Origin: a virus
Direction: 5' to 3' (one strand)
Virus record (IMG/VR): IMGVR_UViG_3300025120_000017
Span: 1 to 64,000 of that record
DNA: 64,000 bases
In this document: piece by piece, positions 58,008 to 64,000 of the stretch
Layout of the letters: each line of letters opens with the position of its first letter
Numbering within the stretch: the first letter of the stretch is position 1
The notes under the pieces: model-generated
Databases searched by the model: none
What the model was told of the DNA's origin: nothing
The model's input: the letters and a program-made list of their open reading frames with translations, nothing else
Position numbers and translations under genes: made by a program

Positions 58008-58487
58008 TTAGTATCCTTGTTTTTGTCTATTTACGTTTTCACTTGCTTTAGCAAAGTACATATTATAGACTTCTTTAGGAGTAATTCCAATAATTATTCC
58101 AAAATTCATAAAGAAATGAAACATATCAACAAACTCCATTTTAAGTTCTTTAATATCGCCTGGTGTTAAATCAGATATTTTTTTACCTCTAATAGAAGAA
58201 TTGCTTTTTTTCCAAGGTTTCCATGCAGCATTACCTACGCCATCTTCTATTCCACCTAAAGCATCCATAAATTCGCCGATTTCATCATTAAGAGCATGTT
58301 TATTCATAAAGCTAAAATCAACAATCTCACCAATAGTGATTTTTGAAAAATCATACCCATATACAGTTTCTTGCATATATTTTTGATGATTCCAGCAATT
58401 TGCTAAAGTATCTTCATTATTGTCTAAATCTACTTTATGCACATCATTAACTTTTAATTCTGATAGCTTATTATCTATATTTGCCAT
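58008..58487 (-). CDS. gp56: dCTP/dUTP pyrophosphatase (all-alpha, T4 gp56 type)
   Basis: DE..E...LG, WKPWK, E.K.E.VD.FHF..N, Y..K..EN..RQ..GY. Confidence 0.85.
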   Translation of the reverse strand: MANIDNKLSELKVNDVHKVDLDNNEDTLANCWNHQKYMQETVYGYDFSKITIGEIVDFSFMNKHALNDEIGEFMDALGGIEDGVGNAAWKPWKKSNSSIRGKKISDLTPGDIKELKMEFVDMFHFFMNFGIIIGITPKEVYNMYFAKASENVNRQKQGY

Positions 58488-58499
58488 AATCTTTTATTA

Positions 58500-58530
58500 T
58501 TAAATATCAAGCAATAGCTAAAATGTTTAA
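58500..58530 (-). promoter_or_regulatory. putative middle (ECF) promoter
   Basis: TTAAACA-N17-TATTTAA. Confidence 0.5.
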
Positions 58531-59029
58531 GATGGTTGAAAATTTATTTACAGAAGATGGAAAAACTAATCCATTTGCAATATGTGAACATACCTTTAAG
58601 TGGATTTTAGAGCATATACCTAAAGGATCTACTATTGTTGAATTAGGTAGTGGGACAGGAACTAAAGAACTGTGTAAGCACTATACTGTATATTCTGTTG
58701 AAGATAACCTAAAATGGGTAAATTATGTTAATGAGTCTAATTACATACATGCTCCTTTAATATCATACGGAGATCATATGTGGTTTAATGAATCTATCAT
58801 TAAAGAAAGGTTGCCAAGTGATTATTCATTTTTATTAATAGATGGACCTCATGCACATCGAGTAGGATTTCATAAGCATATTAATCTGTTTAATCAAACC
58901 ATACCTTGGATTTTTGATGACACTCATGCTGATCATAATTTATTAGAGGCTATAAAATGCTCAGAATTATTAAAAAGACCATATAAAACATATCAAGGAG
59001 TAATTAAGAAATTTACTATAATTAAATAA
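58523..59029 (+). CDS. class I SAM-dependent methyltransferase
   Basis: IVELGSGTGT, SVE...W, LLIDGP, IFDD; start may be 58532. Confidence 0.8.
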   Translation: MFKMVENLFTEDGKTNPFAICEHTFKWILEHIPKGSTIVELGSGTGTKELCKHYTVYSVEDNLKWVNYVNESNYIHAPLISYGDHMWFNESIIKERLPSDYSFLLIDGPHAHRVGFHKHINLFNQTIPWIFDDTHADHNLLEAIKCSELLKRPYKTYQGVIKKFTIIK

Positions 59030-59051
59030 AATATACCATATAATAAATATA

Positions 59052-59636
59052 ATGAAAACTAGAACAGACTTATTAGAATTTATAATAAGTGAAAAAAAAC
59101 CAAAAAAATATCTTGAGATTGGAATACAACAGGGATTCAATTTTGATACAATAAAAGTACCTTATAAAGTAGGTGTTGAACCTTTTCCTAGGAGAGTTCA
59201 AGATAATGTACTAACTCTTAAATCAGATGATTTTTTTAAAAGTGATAATCCTGAATATAAGGGGTTTGATTTAATTTTTATAGATGGGCTACATACTGAA
59301 GATCAAACATGGAGAGATTTGCTTAATTCATTAGACCGTTTGAATCATGGAGGTATAATTGTAATGCATGATGCATTGCCTCATAATTTAAAATACACTA
59401 CTATGTCATGGTGTGGAACTTCATATAAAGCAATAATGAAAGCAGCACAGACACCTGGATTAATTGTTAAAACCTGGGAGCAAGATCATGGATGTGCAGT
59501 GATTGTTAAAGAAAGTAAGAATGATTTATATGTATCTACAATCACTACAGACTTTGAAGATCTTTGGAAAGATAATGCAGCTATTGTAGGTAAATCTAAT
59601 ACTGAGGAAATCATTAACTTTATTAAATCTTTATAA
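59052..59636 (+). CDS. class I SAM-dependent methyltransferase (Methyltransf_24-like)
   Basis: YLEIG, SDDFF, FDLIFIDGLH, GGIIVMHD. Confidence 0.88.
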   Translation: MKTRTDLLEFIISEKKPKKYLEIGIQQGFNFDTIKVPYKVGVEPFPRRVQDNVLTLKSDDFFKSDNPEYKGFDLIFIDGLHTEDQTWRDLLNSLDRLNHGGIIVMHDALPHNLKYTTMSWCGTSYKAIMKAAQTPGLIVKTWEQDHGCAVIVKESKNDLYVSTITTDFEDLWKDNAAIVGKSNTEEIINFIKSL

Positions 59637-59638
59637 TA

Positions 59639-60193
59639 ATGGAACTTAGCATATTATTATGTTCACTGCCTAACAGACTTAAACAATTTTCAGTAATAGA
59701 AGAACTTACAAAACAGGCTAAAGGTAAGCCAGTTGAAATTTTATATCTTGGTGATAATTGGCAAATGAGCGTAGGTGAAAAGAGAAATAACTTAATATAT
59801 CTTGCAACTGGTAAATACATATGTTTTGTAGATGATGATGATCGGGTTGAGCCTAATTATGTTAGTGATATTTTAGATGCAATAAATCAACATGGTACAG
59901 ATTGCATTAATTTTCAAGCATCTGTTAGTATAAACGAATCTAATCCTATGATTTGCCATTATTCAAAAGAGTTCACTGAAAATGTAAATTTACCAACAAT
60001 GTATTTAAGACAACCTAATCATTTAATGGTATGGAAAAAGAGTATTGTTGAATTGTTTCCAGAAATTAATGTAGGTGAAGATAATCTCTTTGGTGAAAAT
60101 ATGGCCAAAAAAAATTATAGTGAATATAATATAGATAAAGTCCTATACCACTATGATTTTAATTCAAATACAACTGAAGCACAAAAAAGATAA
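59639..60193 (+). CDS. GT2 glycosyltransferase
   Basis: LSILLC, GEKRN, A.GKYICFVDDDD, GED. Confidence 0.88.
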   Translation: MELSILLCSLPNRLKQFSVIEELTKQAKGKPVEILYLGDNWQMSVGEKRNNLIYLATGKYICFVDDDDRVEPNYVSDILDAINQHGTDCINFQASVSINESNPMICHYSKEFTENVNLPTMYLRQPNHLMVWKKSIVELFPEINVGEDNLFGENMAKKNYSEYNIDKVLYHYDFNSNTTEAQKR

Positions 60194-60195
60194 TT

Positions 60196-60780
60196 ATGAA
60201 AAACAAGATTTTAATAACCGGTACAGGTAGAAGCGGTACAACTATTCTTGTAAAATTGTTATCATTACTAGGATTAGATACAGGATACCAAAACCTAACA
60301 AGTGATGAAATAGAACAGTATATAAATCAAAATAGCAGAGGAGGTCTTGAAATCTATTTAGATCCAGATAATGAAAATTATCCATTAATATGTAAAGCAC
60401 CTCAATTTTATAATAGAATACCTGAATTATCTAAGAAGTACAAAATTAAGAAAGTATTTGTACCTATGAGAGATTTAGAAATAACAGCAAAATCTAGAGC
60501 AAAGCATGGAGTAAGTCCAGGCGGGTTATGGAATGCAAGTGATGTAAACAGCCAAATGAATCATAATGCTAAAGTAGTTTATCAAATAGCAATAGATTGT
60601 GCATCAAATGACATACCTTTAGATTTTATAGACTTTGATAGATTTACAAGCGATAGCTTATATGCATATAATGTTTATAGTAGATTTTGTGAATTAGCAT
60701 CTGATAATAAACATGACTTTACATCATTCTTAAACATTTATAAAAGTATAATAGATCATAGTAAAATAACAACTAAATGA
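60196..60780 (+). CDS. sulfotransferase-like P-loop protein
   Basis: ITGTGRSGTT (5'-PSB-like), K.P, MRD......S (3'-PB-like). Confidence 0.65.
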   Translation: MKNKILITGTGRSGTTILVKLLSLLGLDTGYQNLTSDEIEQYINQNSRGGLEIYLDPDNENYPLICKAPQFYNRIPELSKKYKIKKVFVPMRDLEITAKSRAKHGVSPGGLWNASDVNSQMNHNAKVVYQIAIDCASNDIPLDFIDFDRFTSDSLYAYNVYSRFCELASDNKHDFTSFLNIYKSIIDHSKITTK

Positions 60781-61511
60781 AAGAAGTAGACATTGTAATT
60801 ATAAGTAATGCAAAAGATGGAGCTCTTTTAAATGAAACTCAGAGATGTATTGAATCTCTTTATGAATCAGAAGATGCATTTATTATACAATTTAATGTAT
60901 TTGTGGTTGAGAGCAATAAAGATGTTAATTATGATACATATTATAATGTAAAAACTATTTACACTGAATTACCTTTTGGTTATCATAGATACTTAAATAT
61001 TGGTAGAAAAGCAGGAAATGCTGAATATGTGGTTCTTTGTAATAATGATTTAACATTTGATAAGAATTGGGCATCAATCGCAATTGATGTAATGAAAAAG
61101 AGAAATATATGGAGTGCAGGATGCTGTAACCCAAATAAAAAAAATCATATATCATATATTGAATCTGGTAAAGAATATGAAGATGGTTGGGCAGTATCAA
61201 ATCATATCACGGGATGGTGTATATTCCAAAAGCGAGAAATATATGAACATATAGGAGATCTTGATGAAGATTTTGAATTTTGGTATTGTGATAATGATTA
61301 TTCAAGAACTTTACAAGAACATTTATTTTATCATACTCTTATAATTGGCTCAAGAGTATTTCATCATAATGGTAATTTAGGAGTTACTGTAAAAACCGAA
61401 GAAGATGAAGATAGAAAAGCCTACCTTACATCAGGTGGTGAAAAAACATATCAAAACAAGTGGGGTGTTGGAGGTTGGATGACTCTTAAGAAATTAACTA
61501 AAAAAGACTAG
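60777..61511 (+). CDS. GT2 glycosyltransferase
   Basis: VDIVIIS, VVES, LN.G, LCNND, GWC, LDE.F..WYCDND, V.H. Confidence 0.88.
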   Translation: MKEVDIVIISNAKDGALLNETQRCIESLYESEDAFIIQFNVFVVESNKDVNYDTYYNVKTIYTELPFGYHRYLNIGRKAGNAEYVVLCNNDLTFDKNWASIAIDVMKKRNIWSAGCCNPNKKNHISYIESGKEYEDGWAVSNHITGWCIFQKREIYEHIGDLDEDFEFWYCDNDYSRTLQEHLFYHTLIIGSRVFHHNGNLGVTVKTEEDEDRKAYLTSGGEKTYQNKWGVGGWMTLKKLTKKD

Positions 61512-61530
61512 AAATAATCCTAGTCTTTTT
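61501..61530. terminator. bidirectional terminator
   Basis: AAAAAGACTAG...CTAGTCTTTTT between convergent genes. Confidence 0.8.
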
Positions 61531-61531
61531 A

Positions 61532-62197
61532 TTATTTTTTGTCTACATAATGTGGAAGTCCTTTTTCCTTAGTCTTTGCAAACTTTCTTAACGTTTTTTC
61601 AGGAAGCTCAGAAATTTTAATAATTTCTTCAGCATATTCAGGTTCTAATTCTTCTTTTGTTATATTGCCTCTCTTATATTGAAGTGCAATAGCAAATAAC
61701 CTTCGCTGTGCTTTAGAATCAGCTCTCTCAAGCAAAGAATCTAAATTTTCCATAACTTCTATGCCAGTTTTAGATTCAATAAAATCTTTAACCATTTTAT
61801 AAAACTCTTCTCTATCATCAGAGTTTTTAAGTAGTTTAGCAGCGTCTCTTAATTTACTTTTAAGTATAGTAAACATCATTCCCATTTTTTCTGAAACTTC
61901 ATCTAGTGTATCTGATACACCTTCGGTTAAAAACACAACACTATCATTAGATGAATTATCTAACTTAAGTCTATATTTCTTAACAGCAGAATCAATGACT
62001 TTTTGAATGTCTGGGTATTCAGCGCCAGCTTTAACCAATTCATCTATACTTATTATGAGAGTATCTTTTTTATTACTATCATCTATGTATATTTCAAATC
62101 CTTGGGTAAACTTTCCTAACTTTTTTTCTATAGTTTTTTTAGCATTTTCCAAAGATTCATTAATATTCACGGAATAAAAATTATCAAGATCTTTCAT
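61532..62197 (-). CDS. putative capsid-internal protein with C-terminal DUF3008-like module
   Basis: MKDLDNFY...INES; C-terminal SKAQRR..A.AL..KRG...LRKFAKTKEKGLP. Confidence 0.6.
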   Translation of the reverse strand: MKDLDNFYSVNINESLENAKKTIEKKLGKFTQGFEIYIDDSNKKDTLIISIDELVKAGAEYPDIQKVIDSAVKKYRLKLDNSSNDSVVFLTEGVSDTLDEVSEKMGMMFTILKSKLRDAAKLLKNSDDREEFYKMVKDFIESKTGIEVMENLDSLLERADSKAQRRLFAIALQYKRGNITKEELEPEYAEEIIKISELPEKTLRKFAKTKEKGLPHYVDKK

Positions 62198-62206
62198 TTA
62201 CTAATA

Positions 62207-62464
62207 TTATTTTTTTACAACCTTTGCAATAACTTCTTTATTACCAGCTACTATTGCTTTATGTTCTGATCTATTAATACTATATGACTTTCCGTCAATT
62301 ATAACATTTTTTTGGTTAAGAGATTCAACTTTTAAATCACCAGAAGATTTAGCAGGTTCAGGAATTACTGTTTTAGATTCTTCTTTAGAACCTTCAGTAG
62401 TTTCAACATTCTTTAACTTCTCAACAGCCTCGTCTAAAGTTTTTTCAGTTTTCTTTTTAGCCAT
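62207..62464 (-). CDS. hypothetical protein
   Basis: 85-aa Lys/Glu-rich ORF. Confidence 0.6.
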   Translation of the reverse strand: MAKKKTEKTLDEAVEKLKNVETTEGSKEESKTVIPEPAKSSGDLKVESLNQKNVIIDGKSYSINRSEHKAIVAGNKEVIAKVVKK

Positions 62465-62475
62465 AACGTGTATTT

Positions 62476-63669
62476 TTATTTTTTGTTTTTAAATTTTCGC
62501 CAATCACTAAAACTATAATAGTTTTCATTTATAGTTTCTTTAGCAATCTTTGAATGTATTAGCCTTACATAATTATTTATATACTTTTTCATATTTATAT
62601 CTATAATTGGAGTAATTTTTTTACGCTCTTTTCTAAATGATGAAAATAGTATTTTATAAATATCTGCAAGATTTGGGTTATTATTAATAATATCTTGTAT
62701 TTTTTTATTCTTTATAAATGATGTATTAAGTTTAAACTCAGGCATTAAAGCAAATGTAGGTTTCTTTAAATCAAAGTCTTCTATAAAAATAGAATTATCA
62801 TCTATGAACATTGATATTAATGTACTTAATAAATCTATATATCTTTCATCAGGACTACTTCCTATTGCATTTACCTTTGTCATTGAATCAGTTTCACCAA
62901 GCCATTCAATGAACTTATATATCAATAATCCTATTTCATCTGATGAAGATTTATTAACTTTTTTATGTAATGATAGTTGATGAAATATCGGATCTATAGT
63001 TTTTGCTGTGTAAACTTTATCATTGTTGCTAAACTCAAATATAAAACCTTCAATAGATTTGTCAATGTCTCCATTTAATGTAGTTTTCTTTAATCTAGGA
63101 TTTAAAATTTTAATAATATGTCGTGTAAAACTATTTGTGTTAAAACTAATCATTAAATCAGACTTATCAGTTTTTATAAAATTCAAAATCTTTTCTTTTT
63201 GTAATTCGCTTAACTCTCCATTAAAATACACTTTAGGTGTAGATGTTTTAAGAAGTTTTGACCACTTAAGAAGTGTTTTAGTGTCATTTATAATAGAATT
63301 ATCATCTTTATCTTCTAATCCTATTAGATGTGTTAATATAAGTCCATTCTTAGGAATATTTTCATATATAACATTAGTAGGCTTATTATTATAAAAATAT
63401 TCAAAAAAGAAGAATACTTCATCAGGAATTTTTGATAAATCTAATGAATTTATATGAGCAATAGGCTTTTCATATAGAGATGTTATAGTTCTTTGTATTT
63501 TATTAAGAGGATATCTCTTATCTCTAGCAAAAAATATTAATTCATTGTTGCTTTTCTTAAATCCAAATTTAGTTCCAGTAAGTTTTTCAGATACTTTTAC
63601 ATTTGAATTAAGAAGTTGCTTCAGAAAGTCTTCACCTAGTTCGTTATAGAAATCTTTTATTTCCTTCAT
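62476..63669 (-). CDS. ATP-dependent ligase-fold nucleotidyltransferase (RNA-ligase-like) with CTS-like N-terminus
   Basis: SEKLTG (motif I), FFEY (III), IEGFIF (IV), AKTID (V); starts MKEIKDFYNE. Confidence 0.6.
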   Translation of the reverse strand: MKEIKDFYNELGEDFLKQLLNSNVKVSEKLTGTKFGFKKSNNELIFFARDKRYPLNKIQRTITSLYEKPIAHINSLDLSKIPDEVFFFFEYFYNNKPTNVIYENIPKNGLILTHLIGLEDKDDNSIINDTKTLLKWSKLLKTSTPKVYFNGELSELQKEKILNFIKTDKSDLMISFNTNSFTRHIIKILNPRLKKTTLNGDIDKSIEGFIFEFSNNDKVYTAKTIDPIFHQLSLHKKVNKSSSDEIGLLIYKFIEWLGETDSMTKVNAIGSSPDERYIDLLSTLISMFIDDNSIFIEDFDLKKPTFALMPEFKLNTSFIKNKKIQDIINNNPNLADIYKILFSSFRKERKKITPIIDINMKKYINNYVRLIHSKIAKETINENYYSFSDWRKFKNKK

Positions 63670-63701
63670 TCTTTACGAATTTATAGTTTTAATATTTAAT
63701 T

Positions 63702-63729
63702 AAACAACAAAGACGGTCCGAAGACCGTC
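63702..63729 (-). terminator. UUCG-tetraloop terminator
   Basis: GACGGUC-UUCG-GACCGUC followed by UUUGUUGUUU. Confidence 0.85.
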
Positions 63730-63760
63730 CTTATAATATTTATTATTAGAATTTAAGATG

Positions 63761-64000
63761 CTAATTAAGAGCTTGGCTTAAATAAAAATCAACATCACCA
63801 CTAACTTTAGCGTAGTCCTTTTTAATATTAGGCTCTTTTAAGATACTTGAAATTATTTTCATATCTACATCGCCTTGTGGATATGACTGATCTAATCTAC
63901 TTGATAAATCATTTAAAACGCTAGCAACATCAGGCTCATCTTTTTCTATATCTTTAATAGTAAACTCAAGTTGTCTTTGAAGATACGGTGAATCTATAGT
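63761..64000 (-). CDS. 3' end of a gene truncated by the window edge
   Basis: Open frame TIDSPYLQRQ...YLSQALN* from 64000 to TAG at 63761. Confidence 0.6.
   Translation of the reverse strand, partial: TIDSPYLQRQLEFTIKDIEKDEPDVASVLNDLSSRLDQSYPQGDVDMKIISSILKEPNIKKDYAKVSGDVDFYLSQALN

Noticed and set aside
1-64000. Stop-codon reassignment as in some large Bacteroidota phages
   Set aside because: Conserved genes are full length in the standard code, and TAG, TGA and TAA all end genes at sensible positions

Overview
This is a 64-kb, very AT-rich, gene-dense segment of a large T4-like myophage read in the standard genetic code. It carries a head module (portal gp20, fused protease-scaffold gp21/22, major capsid gp23, gp2, gp4) and a tail module (sheath, tube, hub, tape measure, gp15). 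Replication and recombination genes include a split family-B DNA polymerase with the sliding-clamp gene between its halves, clamp loader, helicase, UvsX, gp46/47, RNase H, ligase and a three-subunit topoisomerase II. There are two sigma factors (ECF-type, and a gp55 carrying a ~150-aa insertion), a cytosine-substitution set (gp42-like, gp56-like, dCMP deaminase), a methyl/glycosyl/sulfo-transferase operon, lysis enzymes and host-like genes (gcvH, phoH, clpP). An exact TTTG-N20-TAnnTTTG promoter suggests a Bacteroidota host. The main patterns the annotation does not explain are: (1) ten or more unrelated proteins, including an ATP-grasp ligase, a ligase-fold nucleotidyltransferase and a putative RNase, share a T4 internal-protein-like N-terminal tag, suggesting a capsid-packaged and injected effector set; (2) an AAACA-N16-xATTWAA promoter sits before the replication genes and gp55, implying a host sigma -> ECF -> gp55 cascade; (3) topoisomerase is split at the T4 39/60 position with intein-like joining segments and a C-terminal K-x-LF shared with the polymerase. 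All family calls come from motif recognition by eye and recalled T4 sequences; no database searches were run.
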